Shown here: positions 1-8,469 of the stretch, piece after piece
Position numbering within the stretch: position 1 is the first letter of the stretch
Layout: each line of letters begins with the position of its first letter
IMG/VR virus record: IMGVR_UViG_3300010882_000009
Length of the DNA: 64,000 nt
Strand: one strand, 5' to 3'
Source: a virus
Taxonomy: Duplodnaviria; Heunggongvirae; Uroviricota; Caudoviricetes
Translations under genes and position numbers: made by a program
The notes under the pieces: model-generated
Told to the model about the DNA's origin: nothing
The model's database searches: none
Seen by the model: only the letters and a program-made list of their open reading frames with translations

Positions 1-2
1 CT

Positions 3-212
3 GCTATTGAACAGCTTGCAATAAAAGAGTATATTGATGAAAACGGTACAAGCCGGGGCGGTGAAAATAGAACTCCAGAAGCAATACTCATACGTAGGCT
101 TGCAATAATGACGCATTCATTACCACATATAGGCATAAGCAAGGAGGAATTTATAAATAGAGTAAATAATGTTATAAAATCTTATGTAAATATCAAAGGG
201 ATTGATTGTTAA
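3..212 (+). CDS. hypothetical protein, 3' part (gene starts upstream of window)
   Basis: open frame 3 from window edge to TAA at 210-212. Confidence 0.4.
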   Translation, partial: AIEQLAIKEYIDENGTSRGGENRTPEAILIRRLAIMTHSLPHIGISKEEFINRVNNVIKSYVNIKGIDC

Positions 213-257
213 CTAACTAGTATTTTATATATAGTTATTATATTATAGGGGGTAGTT

Positions 258-635
258 ATGACAGCTCATGATTTACATAAATATTGCTTAGAATCTGGCT
301 TAATAAAATCTTTAACACAAAAAATTAACATCATTGTTAATTTTGATATATCATGTAGAGGATTACAAGGAAAAGATTTAGCAGAAAAATTAGTAAGTAA
401 ATTCTTTAAAAAAGAAAATTTATCTTTTGATGGTTGGCATGTTGCAGAAATACCATTGACCGGGGAGCATGTGTGTATTTGCATTGAGAATTTGGAAACA
501 AAACAAGCTATAGCTCTTTATTTTAAGGAAGACGATTCATTAACCAATATTGCTGTAGGGCAATGTGATGAAGCTTATTGTGAAAGTATAAGAGACGCAA
601 TTAAACATCCAAAATCTTATTATAAAGATAGATAG
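258..635 (+). CDS. hypothetical protein (125 aa)
   Basis: track ORF; RBS tagggggt 8 nt upstream of ATG. Confidence 0.55.
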   Translation: MTAHDLHKYCLESGLIKSLTQKINIIVNFDISCRGLQGKDLAEKLVSKFFKKENLSFDGWHVAEIPLTGEHVCICIENLETKQAIALYFKEDDSLTNIAVGQCDEAYCESIRDAIKHPKSYYKDR

Positions 636-702
636 CTTTTTAGGAGGTTTGAAGCAGTTACGAAATAACGTAACAAACCGTAACAATATATGAAATTCAG
701 TC

Positions 703-731
703 TTGACATATATCTGTTTGTATGATATACT
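703..731 (+). promoter_or_regulatory. sigma70-like promoter TTGACA-17-TATACT upstream of tnpA
   Basis: TTGACA 703-708, 17-nt spacer, TATACT 726-731, ATG at 749. Confidence 0.45.
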
Positions 732-748
732 TAATGTGAGGTGATAAC

Positions 749-1414
749 ATGGATGCTATATTAAGTATACAAAAAGCAGGGAAAATGCTTGGCGTTACTC
801 CTAAAACTCTTAAGCTATGGGATGAACAAAATAAACTTAAACCATATTTTAAAACGTCAGGAGGGCATCGCAGATATAGGCTGTCTGATATTGATGAATT
901 TATTGGATGCAACATTATTATTAAACCAAGGGTTTTTATTTATTGTCGTGTATCTACTAAAAAACAAGAAGATGCTGGGAATCTTTTGCGGCAAGAACAA
1001 AGGCTTGTGTCGTACTGTCAAGATAAAGATTATGAAATAGTCTCTGTGTTCAAAGAAGTAGCATCTGGAATTAATGATAATCGCAGAGAATTAATAAAAA
1101 TGTTTAAAAGGCTATCTGATGCAGATAAAATTATTGTTGAATATAATGACCGTATAGCTAGATTTGGGTTTAATTATCTAAAAGAATTTGCAAATTCATA
1201 TAACGTTGAAATTGAAGCCATTGAAAATAATATTAAATTAGAACCAAATGAAGAAATGGTAAATGATTTGGTAAGTATTGTAACTTGCTTTAGTGCAAAG
1301 ATTTACGGGGTAAGAGGCGGAAAGAAAATCAAGAAAACTCTTGATGAACTTGAAATAAAAAGATTAGAGGGGAGTGATATCAGTGAAGATAACAGTAAAA
1401 TCAATGCTGATTAA
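749..1414 (+). CDS. tnpA: IS607-family transposase TnpA: MerR-like HTH plus serine recombinase (resolvase) catalytic domain
   Basis: N-term HTH LGVTPKTLKLWDEQNKLKP..GGHRRY; catalytic YCRVSTKKQ serine motif; RBS gtgaggtga. Confidence 0.85.
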   Translation: MDAILSIQKAGKMLGVTPKTLKLWDEQNKLKPYFKTSGGHRRYRLSDIDEFIGCNIIIKPRVFIYCRVSTKKQEDAGNLLRQEQRLVSYCQDKDYEIVSVFKEVASGINDNRRELIKMFKRLSDADKIIVEYNDRIARFGFNYLKEFANSYNVEIEAIENNIKLEPNEEMVNDLVSIVTCFSAKIYGVRGGKKIKKTLDELEIKRLEGSDISEDNSKINAD

Positions 1415-2849
1415 TGTTGATAATTCTTGTGACAATATATTATCTAGTATGATGTTAGTCTTCTGCTCTGCTATTAGATTCTCCTTTAAACGCTTGCTAG
1501 AAGATGTTAAAATTTGTGATCTAGAAAAAATAGTTGCTCTTAAATACAATCTAAATATTCGTCAAGCTAAAGATGCTGTAGAAAATGCTAGGCAAACTAT
1601 CGCTTCTCAAAAAGAATTGGTCAAACTCAACTACAAAAATTATACTGCTAAAATTATTACTATAGAAAATGCTTTGAAAAATAATAAATTGTCTGAGAAA
1701 AAACGTAAAGCATTATTGTCTAAGTTCGATAAACGTAAAAGAAAACAATTATATTACAAAAATTTTATTGATACTAATACCATCCCCTCAGTTATATTTG
1801 GAACTAAAGAATTATTCCTTAAACGATGCAAAGGTTTAATCTCAAAACAAGAATGGCAAAATGCTCGTAATAACAGGATTTATAGTAGAGGAGATAAAAC
1901 TAAATCTGGGAACCCTAATCTTAGAGTTATTGTAGATAATGATAGAAATACTTTTCTTGAAATATCTACGTTAGAAAAAACATCAACGAATAGAGCAGTA
2001 AAGATAAGAGTGCCATTATATCTTCCTCAAAAAGTCTCAAAGAAAACTGGTAAAATTAATGGCAGAGACTATAAAAATATGATTATTGATTATGTTAAAA
2101 CCGGAGAGGCTTATCAAGTAGAGTTGATTAAGAAAAACAGCAAATACTATTGCCATATTACTTTTGACGAAGCAAAGATAAGAGATATTACACCTATATA
2201 TACAGGACACAATGCTTTGCTAGGTGTCGATACTAATCCAGATGGATTCGGATTAACTCTTATAAGTAGAGATGGTAATTATAGCAAACATATTTATCTC
2301 AAACAATCCGAATTAAAATATGCACGTAGTAATCGTAGAACAAATTTATGTGGAGAGATATCTAAACAAGTTATAAATTTTGCTAAACAACATAATTGCG
2401 GAATTGCTATTGAAGATTTAAAGTTTGCTAATGATAAAGATGTTGGCAACAAATTCGCTAGAATAAAACATCAATTTATTTATAGTAAACTATTGCATAT
2501 GCTCGAATTATGTTGCAAACGAAATAATGTAGAGATAGTAAAGGTTAAGCCGCAGTTTACGTCTAAGATAGGATTATATAAATACTGCCATCAATATGGA
2601 ATGGATGTGCATAATGGAGCAGCAATGGTTATAGCACGGAGAGCTTATGGACTAAAAGAGAAAGTGCCAAAGTTGTTAAAATACATGTTTGTCAAAGATG
2701 ATAATATAAGTAAATTTAATCAAAAGAACGAGTGGAGCAAGTGGTCAGCGATTAACAAAGAAATACAAAAACAAATAAAAAATATAAAAATGAAGGGAGG
2801 TACTGGTTTCTGGCAACATGATAGGAAGATGATATTAGGACTGGTGTAA
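1383..2849 (+). CDS. tnpB: TnpB-like RuvC-fold protein (IS605 OrfB family), zinc finger degenerate
   Basis: RuvC-I LLGVDTNPDG, RuvC-II GIAIEDLKF, RuvC-III MDVHNGAAMVIARRA; overlaps tnpA 3' end; start uncertain (GTG 1374/1383 or ATG 1404); no CxxC..CxxC. Confidence 0.8.
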   Translation: MKITVKSMLINVDNSCDNILSSMMLVFCSAIRFSFKRLLEDVKICDLEKIVALKYNLNIRQAKDAVENARQTIASQKELVKLNYKNYTAKIITIENALKNNKLSEKKRKALLSKFDKRKRKQLYYKNFIDTNTIPSVIFGTKELFLKRCKGLISKQEWQNARNNRIYSRGDKTKSGNPNLRVIVDNDRNTFLEISTLEKTSTNRAVKIRVPLYLPQKVSKKTGKINGRDYKNMIIDYVKTGEAYQVELIKKNSKYYCHITFDEAKIRDITPIYTGHNALLGVDTNPDGFGLTLISRDGNYSKHIYLKQSELKYARSNRRTNLCGEISKQVINFAKQHNCGIAIEDLKFANDKDVGNKFARIKHQFIYSKLLHMLELCCKRNNVEIVKVKPQFTSKIGLYKYCHQYGMDVHNGAAMVIARRAYGLKEKVPKLLKYMFVKDDNISKFNQKNEWSKWSAINKEIQKQIKNIKMKGGTGFWQHDRKMILGLV

Positions 2850-3060
2850 CAACTGTTCTTTTAGATATAAGCTGCCAAAGTACACGCAGAGAAAGGCTTT
2901 GGCGGTAGGTATGAAAGAGGAATGGGTAACACCTGTAATCTTGTAGAACGTTATTATAATATATAGTAATGGCAATGCGAGATTTTAAGACAACTGTCTT
3001 AATCCTAGTAACTGAATCCTGTGACGTTACCGCTCTATTCATTGCTAATAGAGTGAAAAA
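2790..3060 (+). ncRNA. candidate omega-RNA / IS right-end region (speculative)
   Basis: GC-richer structured segment (GCCAAAG..CTTTGGC hairpin at about 2873-2903) overlapping tnpB 3' end and the 265-bp noncoding stretch before the next RBS-supported start at 3116. Confidence 0.25.
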
Positions 3061-3115
3061 TCATACAAACATATTGATGTTATGTTTTGTTACGATTTTA
3101 GAAACCAGGATTATT

Positions 3116-3499
3116 ATGAAAATTAAAATATTAGATAAAAATAATAGTGCAGTAAAATTTGCATTCTTTAGTGCAATAGGCAGTGAATATTATAAAATAG
3201 ATCAAATAACTGAAGCAGCATATAAAGAAGATGCAGCATATGGACGTGACTATGATATTATATTCACTGTAAATGGAGTAGAATTAAATTTTCAAAACTT
3301 TATTAATAGGCTATGTGATTCATATGATACACAAGTTGAAGATGCTGCAAAAAGATTGATTACAAATAAATTTGCAACATTAAATAATAGGCTTGACGAA
3401 TTAAGCAATAATTTAAATAATAATATTAATGAAATAAATTTAGATATTGATGATATGTTTAAAGCAATAAAAAAGAATGTTAGGAATATATTTGAATAG
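3116..3499 (+). CDS. hypothetical protein (127 aa)
   Basis: track ORF 2969-3499 trimmed to internal ATG with RBS aggatt; upstream 49 codons look like IS end, not coding. Confidence 0.5.
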   Translation: MKIKILDKNNSAVKFAFFSAIGSEYYKIDQITEAAYKEDAAYGRDYDIIFTVNGVELNFQNFINRLCDSYDTQVEDAAKRLITNKFATLNNRLDELSNNLNNNINEINLDIDDMFKAIKKNVRNIFE

Positions 3500-3541
3500 A
3501 ACTGATGTTTGATTCAAATATCTTATATGTAGGAGGGTAAT

Positions 3542-3748
3542 ATGTTAACAGATGAACGCAGAAGAATTATTATTGATGTTTTAAGTAGCAGCAAATATAT
3601 AGAAAGTAATACTCAATTACGTGGAGTTCTTGGAGTATTTTTGCATACAGATAAAGGATGGAGCGCAATAACAAATTCTGAAGTTACAGATGCAGAATTC
3701 AAAAATATATTTGAATTAAAAATTAATGAAATTTTATCAGATGCATAG
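3542..3748 (+). CDS. hypothetical protein (68 aa)
   Basis: RBS aggagggt. Confidence 0.55.
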   Translation: MLTDERRRIIIDVLSSSKYIESNTQLRGVLGVFLHTDKGWSAITNSEVTDAEFKNIFELKINEILSDA

Positions 3749-3778
3749 TATAATGACTATTTTATAGTTTAATATTTT

Positions 3779-3803
3779 AATCAAATTGTTATTCTATTAA
3801 AAT
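3779..3803 (+). promoter_or_regulatory. intergenic palindrome motif copy (variant left half AATCAAA)
   Basis: AATCAAA-ttgtta-TTCTATT-AAAAT. Confidence 0.6.
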
Positions 3804-3823
3804 ATATAATAATGAGGTGCAAA

Positions 3824-4231
3824 ATGTTTGATAGGTATAAATATAAAAATGGTTGGTTAATGCAGGTAACACTTGATTGCGCTTCAGAACTAGCCGGACA
3901 CCAAGGTATTATCTCTTCACGTTTTATAGAAGAAGATAAAGAAGATATTAATGATACTGATATATTCTATATTTTACGCTTTAACGGTAATACAACAGGG
4001 CTATACTCAGAAGGCCAACTTAATCTTATACAAGAAATGGATATAACCAAATCGCAGATGTTCTATCATTCATGCCAATGCGGTGGCGGGGAACTAGAAG
4101 ATGGAGGAAATTTCTATTCTTTTTTAGATATAGGAAGGAATAATAGTATTGAATGCATACATTGTAAAGAGTATATATTTCAAAATGAAGTTGAAATTCA
4201 GGCGGCTATTGATGCATATATAAATACATAA
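3824..4231 (+). CDS. hypothetical Cys-rich protein
   Basis: track ORF trimmed to ATG with RBS atgaggtg; CQCGGG..CIHC. Confidence 0.55.
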   Translation: MFDRYKYKNGWLMQVTLDCASELAGHQGIISSRFIEEDKEDINDTDIFYILRFNGNTTGLYSEGQLNLIQEMDITKSQMFYHSCQCGGGELEDGGNFYSFLDIGRNNSIECIHCKEYIFQNEVEIQAAIDAYINT

Positions 4232-4433
4232 AAAATGCGTATTCAGGAATTAACCAAATTGCAACGCAAATAGATGTTGCATAAAATATTCTACAATGTT
4301 ATAATAAAATCATGAGGTGATTATATGAAAGAATATATTAATCATAAAATTGGCGAACCAATAACAATGCCGGAATATTGCTTTCTCCAATAGAACAGTG
4401 GGAAGAAGGTTGTTATAATTATAAAAATGACTA

Positions 4434-4688
4434 TTGATTTATAAAATACATGTTAAAAGCAAATTTGAATCAAATGATGATTCTATTAAAATATTGAGAG
4501 GGTTGTATAATATGCATATTGGTATTGAAATAGAAATTATGCACTTTAAAAATGGGCCTGTAAAATATTATAGAGCTACATATAAAGATGATTGTACATC
4601 AATAAACTTTAAATGGACTACATGTAAACAAACTGCCATTAATGATATGTTAGATATTATTAATTCTGAAGTATATGACGAAGAATGA
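4434..4688 (+). CDS. hypothetical protein, start uncertain (TTG 4434 or ATG 4512)
   Basis: track ORF; no clear RBS at 4434; RBS gagggttg before ATG 4512. Confidence 0.35.
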   Translation: MIYKIHVKSKFESNDDSIKILRGLYNMHIGIEIEIMHFKNGPVKYYRATYKDDCTSINFKWTTCKQTAINDMLDIINSEVYDEE

Positions 4689-4699
4689 AAGGAAGCATA

Positions 4700-4984
4700 A
4701 TGAATATGAATAATGAATTAATTAGTGCATACGAACTTTTATGCCCACAAAACCATTTTTGTGAAGTAGCGCATTTATCAGTAGATTTATGGATAGTGGT
4801 ATGGACAGTTTTCTATATAGCATATATATATATGTTATATAAAGCAAAATTGGAATTTAATGGCAAAGTAATTAGCAGTATATTTGGTAGGGCTTTATTA
4901 TCATTAGCTCATGCAGGTATTCATACACTTATCATTTGCTTGCCATTATTGATAATACTACATTTTGTATTTGGGATTAGCTAA
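4700..4984 (+). CDS. small membrane protein (2 predicted TM)
   Basis: RBS aaaggaagc; hydrophobic helices. Confidence 0.5.
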   Translation: MNMNNELISAYELLCPQNHFCEVAHLSVDLWIVVWTVFYIAYIYMLYKAKLEFNGKVISSIFGRALLSLAHAGIHTLIICLPLLIILHFVFGIS

Positions 4985-4998
4985 ATTTGGAGGGCAAT

Positions 4999-5223
4999 AT
5001 GAAATTATATGTAGTATATCTTATTGATTATTCTGATAATAATTTTGAAACCCCTGTTGCCGGACAAGTAATAATGAAGTTTGCTGAGAATAGTCAAGAA
5101 GCAATTAAACTTGCTAGTAAAACAATTTGTTCGCATGGGAATTATTGTAAATATATTGCACAGAAAATTGAATTAAATAATATTATTGGTAACAATACTA
5201 TTTATATGGAAATAAAGTTTTAA
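4999..5223 (+). CDS. hypothetical protein
   Basis: RBS ttggaggg before ATG 4999. Confidence 0.5.
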   Translation: MKLYVVYLIDYSDNNFETPVAGQVIMKFAENSQEAIKLASKTICSHGNYCKYIAQKIELNNIIGNNTIYMEIKF

Positions 5224-5224
5224 A

Positions 5225-5266
5225 GCAAACTACCCACTACCATTAATGGTATCGGATTTCTCGCTT
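5225..5266 (-). repeat. structured repeat element copy C (reverse orientation)
   Basis: revcomp AAGCGAGAAATCCGATACCATTAATGGTAGTGGGTAG matches copies at 13868, 16592, 52585. Confidence 0.6.
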
Positions 5267-5289
5267 AACTTTAAAAAAGGAGTGTTAAT

Positions 5290-5706
5290 ATGGATTATAA
5301 AACAATATCAGATAATTACAAAAACTCTCATCCGCGGCTATATGTATTAGCTCATTGTGATACTAACCAGCAAAATACATTTATTCAAGATGCAAGAGAC
5401 AATGGGTATTTCGCAGAGCCAATAAGGGCAAATTGTTTTGAACTTAAATTAGATAACAGGAATATGATATTTGACTGTGATGGTAGTAAGGTTGATATAA
5501 ATGAATACGCATTTGGTAAAACACAATTTACAAAAATAACGCCAAGATTATCAATAACATCAATGTCTCCAGATGATGCAGCATATTACTATAATTGGTG
5601 TCCACTTGAGTGTATGTTAGACCATTCAAAGATTCCATTAAATAACATGCATGATGCTAGGATATACAGTAATGCTTGTATATATGATGATGCTAGTGTA
5701 TTTTAA
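5290..5706 (+). CDS. hypothetical protein (138 aa)
   Basis: RBS aaaaggagtg. Confidence 0.55.
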   Translation: MDYKTISDNYKNSHPRLYVLAHCDTNQQNTFIQDARDNGYFAEPIRANCFELKLDNRNMIFDCDGSKVDINEYAFGKTQFTKITPRLSITSMSPDDAAYYYNWCPLECMLDHSKIPLNNMHDARIYSNACIYDDASVF

Positions 5707-5729
5707 TAGAAGACAAATTCTATTAAAAT
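5705..5729 (+). promoter_or_regulatory. intergenic palindrome motif copy
   Basis: AATAGAA-gacaaa-TTCTATT-AAAAT. Confidence 0.65.
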
Positions 5730-5778
5730 TTATATACATACAATAAAAACAAAAATATTATTTAAAAGGATTGATTTT

Positions 5779-6360
5779 ATGAAAAAGTATAGTTTTACTG
5801 GTGATACTAAGATAGTAAATGGAATAACACTACAAAGAATTAAGGCGAATGTTGATTTTCATTATGTTAGTGTTGGAGACTTGGGTGGATGGATAGAAAA
5901 TGAATCGAATCTTTCAAATAATGTAAATAATAATGCTTGGGTGTCTAATGATGCCCAGGTATACGGTAATGCCCAGGTATCAGGTAATGCCCAGGTATAC
6001 GGTAATACCCAGGTATCAGGTAATGCCCAGGTATCAGGTAATGCCCAGGTATACGGTAATGCTAGGATATACGGTAATGCCCAGGTATACGGTAATGCTA
6101 GGATATATAGTGGAGAGTGGGAAGTATCACCATTATATATACAAGGAACAAAATGGGTGTTCTGTATGGTATCAAAAACTGAAATAAAAATTGGATGCCA
6201 AATTCATACAATAGATAAATGGAGAGAAAATTACAGAATAATAGCAAAGAGACACAACGCAGTTGACATTATTGAAGAATATGTAATGTATTTGAATGTT
6301 GCTATTGCAAGGTATGGACTTGGTGATGCTATTTTACTCGAAGATATTGCTGTAAATTAG
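5779..6360 (+). CDS. hexapeptide-repeat (beta-helix-like) protein, 9 x GNAQV[YS]
   Basis: period-6 aa repeat with aliphatic every 6th residue; RBS aaaaggattg. Confidence 0.6.
   Translation: MKKYSFTGDTKIVNGITLQRIKANVDFHYVSVGDLGGWIENESNLSNNVNNNAWVSNDAQVYGNAQVSGNAQVYGNTQVSGNAQVSGNAQVYGNARIYGNAQVYGNARIYSGEWEVSPLYIQGTKWVFCMVSKTEIKIGCQIHTIDKWRENYRIIAKRHNAVDIIEEYVMYLNVAIARYGLGDAILLEDIAVN
5947..6108. repeat. 9 tandem copies of 18-bp unit ggtaatgcccaggtatac (coding)
   Basis: near-identical units differing at 1-3 positions. Confidence 0.9.
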
Positions 6361-6366
6361 TATTTA

Positions 6367-6391
6367 AATAGAATACAGATTCTATTAAAAT
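6367..6391 (+). promoter_or_regulatory. intergenic palindrome motif copy
   Basis: AATAGAA-tacaga-TTCTATT-AAAAT. Confidence 0.65.
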
Positions 6392-6420
6392 ATTAGTGGT
6401 TGATTAGCTTGCTTAATTTT

Positions 6421-6440
6421 AATAGAATACTTGTTTTGTT
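6421..6440 (+). promoter_or_regulatory. degenerate motif copy
   Basis: AATAGAA-tacttg-TTTTGTT. Confidence 0.35.
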
Positions 6441-6464
6441 GATATTAGAAATGGATGATAAAAA

Positions 6465-6770
6465 GTGTATACTTATACTATAGAACATAAACATGGGCAC
6501 TACCTTATAGTAAAATTTGACGATCAAGCTGGATGGTATCTTGATATAATATATGTTGACGAACAACATCGTGGGAGCGGTATTGCAAAAGAAATGCTTG
6601 CTGAAATAGCAAATGAAGATAACTATGATAGACCAATATATCTAAAAGCATCAAATTGTTATGGGTCTGATGTTTATAGATTAGTAAAGCTATATGAGTC
6701 GTTCGGATTTAGGCAAGCTAGACAGGTAGATATTAGTACGCCATTTGATTACAATATGGTGTTAGATTAG
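6465..6770 (+). CDS. GNAT-family N-acetyltransferase (small)
   Basis: VDEQHRGSGIAKEML matches GNAT motif A (Q/R-x-x-G-x-G/A); GTG start. Confidence 0.6.
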   Translation: MYTYTIEHKHGHYLIVKFDDQAGWYLDIIYVDEQHRGSGIAKEMLAEIANEDNYDRPIYLKASNCYGSDVYRLVKLYESFGFRQARQVDISTPFDYNMVLD

Positions 6771-6781
6771 GGGTGTTTTAC

Positions 6782-7306
6782 ATGGAGTGGAAAAGCATAG
6801 CCATAATACAATCTGAAACAACAAAGTTAGATTATTACAGCGAATTCAATTTTGCTAGAGCTGTTGCACTAACAAAATTTATGAGAGAAATTGAAAGTAA
6901 GTATGCAAATGATTTTAAAATAATTACAGCTTGCCCTTTAATTCTAGTTAATAGAGACTTGTCAAAAGAAGAATGGATTGAAACATTTACTTTAGGATTA
7001 TGGGTTAAGTTTGCAATAGTGGATATGGAGTATTATTTTGAAATGGATAGAAATCCATTCTTTAGTGCATATATTGTAAAAAGCTATAGAGTAGATAGCA
7101 GTACAAAAATGTACGAGTATGCAGGTGAAATGAATGATATGCTATATAAGAATGTTAATTTTAATGCGAATGAAAAAACTATCGCACAACTTGTAAAAAA
7201 CTTTCATAAAGCATTTACTCATGTAATCAAGCGTAATTCTAGTATGTATTTAGAAGAAATACCAGCATATGCAAGAGAACTAAAGCAGACTATATACAAG
7301 CACTAG
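6782..7306 (+). CDS. hypothetical protein
   Basis: RBS taggggtg before ATG. Confidence 0.55.
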   Translation: MEWKSIAIIQSETTKLDYYSEFNFARAVALTKFMREIESKYANDFKIITACPLILVNRDLSKEEWIETFTLGLWVKFAIVDMEYYFEMDRNPFFSAYIVKSYRVDSSTKMYEYAGEMNDMLYKNVNFNANEKTIAQLVKNFHKAFTHVIKRNSSMYLEEIPAYARELKQTIYKH

Positions 7307-7310
7307 TTTT

Positions 7311-7335
7311 CATAGAATTTCTATTCTATTAAAAT
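7311..7335 (+). promoter_or_regulatory. intergenic palindrome motif copy
   Basis: cATAGAA-tttcta-TTCTATT-AAAAT. Confidence 0.6.
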
Positions 7336-7353
7336 AATCTTGGAGTGAGTGTT

Positions 7354-7932
7354 ATGAATAATAAAATGTCAGAAGGAACAATTGCTTACTATATAAACAA
7401 TATAATAGCAGAGACGGAAGCAGAAATTAATTCAAGCAAAGAATATACTGATAAAGCCAAAACAGAAACAGAAAAGTTAAATTATATTCGATATATTGTT
7501 GGGATGCAATTTGTTATTGACAAGCTTAAAGAATTAACTTTTAAAGACAGGTTTCCGTATGCTCCAATGCACGATATTTATAATGGTGATAAAAAATATT
7601 ATGAAATCTCATGGAATTATTACAATCCACGTATTGTTGAATGTGAATCATGTGACACAGAACAAGATGCTATTGATACGCTTATTGATATTATTGAAAA
7701 AGAATGCCATGAAAAAGATATACCAATTGAAGCATTTTTCATTCCATATGACAGAATAAAAGACGAATTGAACGACGATTATGATTATAACAAAGTAAAT
7801 TCAGATATGTATATACAAGGTGGCAATGCAGGATTATATCTTGATACAAATGGGTTATTGCAAATAAAAGAGGTAACGGCTGATGAAGCAAGAATTATTA
7901 ACTATAATATTAAAAATGCATATCCATTCTAG
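7354..7932 (+). CDS. hypothetical protein
   Basis: RBS ggagtgagtg before ATG. Confidence 0.55.
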   Translation: MNNKMSEGTIAYYINNIIAETEAEINSSKEYTDKAKTETEKLNYIRYIVGMQFVIDKLKELTFKDRFPYAPMHDIYNGDKKYYEISWNYYNPRIVECESCDTEQDAIDTLIDIIEKECHEKDIPIEAFFIPYDRIKDELNDDYDYNKVNSDMYIQGGNAGLYLDTNGLLQIKEVTADEARIINYNIKNAYPF

Positions 7933-7954
7933 TTTTTATAAATGAGGTGATGTT

Positions 7955-8245
7955 TTGATAAAACCGATGTTTGGTTCAAACAATCAAGGATACTTTTCAG
8001 TTGTTCAAATGAAAACATTTTTAGATGAACAACAGAAAAAAGGAATAGAAATTAAAAACATATGGTATAACTATGGGCTTCTTAGTATTTTAAGCGAATT
8101 TAAGATAACAGCAAAAGGATTATCTGGATATGATGCTCTCAGTAATTATTGCTACTTTAGCGATTCAAATAATATTAAATTTTGGAAAGCTAATATCATG
8201 CAATATTTTGCTGATGGGATTAATACAAATGCTGTGTCAGCATAA
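7955..8245 (+). CDS. hypothetical protein (TTG start)
   Basis: RBS atgaggtg 6 nt before TTG. Confidence 0.45.
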   Translation: MIKPMFGSNNQGYFSVVQMKTFLDEQQKKGIEIKNIWYNYGLLSILSEFKITAKGLSGYDALSNYCYFSDSNNIKFWKANIMQYFADGINTNAVSA

Positions 8246-8392
8246 TATACAACAGCGACAATATATTATAGAGTGCAATTTTTTGTTGTGCTGCATGCCG
8301 GATATTTGGTATGAATATGGCGGCATGTTGTAGAGCAAAAAACATACAGATACAGGTGTGTGGATATTGTTCTTTAGTTTTTCATAAGTATC

Positions 8393-8419
8393 GCCGGGGC
8401 TGACTGATCCAGTCCCGGC
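8393..8419. other. GC-rich hairpin (10-bp stem, 7-nt loop) in 225-bp ORF-free gap
   Basis: GCCGGGGCTG-actgatc-CAGTCCCGGC; no U-tract on either strand. Confidence 0.5.
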
Positions 8420-8469
8420 ACCTCCCTAAAATAATTCTCCAAGTAAATAATAATGAAAAGGATGAGTAA

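Larger units (their letters stand above)
640..3100 (+). mobile_element. IS607-family insertion sequence (tnpA-tnpB), ends approximate
   Basis: serine-recombinase TnpA followed by overlapping TnpB; own sigma70-like promoter; GC-richer flanks; no motif copies inside. Confidence 0.6.

Noticed and set aside
789-1040. Track ORF 789-1040 inside tnpA
   Set aside because: Alternative frame inside a well-supported serine recombinase gene.
2969-3115. N-terminal 49 codons of track ORF 2969-3499
   Set aside because: No RBS and low-complexity sequence overlapping the presumed IS right end. RBS-supported ATG at 3116 preferred.
5933-6187. Alternative-frame ORFs inside repeat arrays (5933-6187, 23219-23506, 23525-23737, 48394-48681, 48685-48873)
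   Set aside because: Artefacts of periodic in-frame repeats; the main frames have RBSs and non-repeat termini.
8393-8419. GC hairpin as rho-independent terminator
   Set aside because: No U/T tract follows on either strand.
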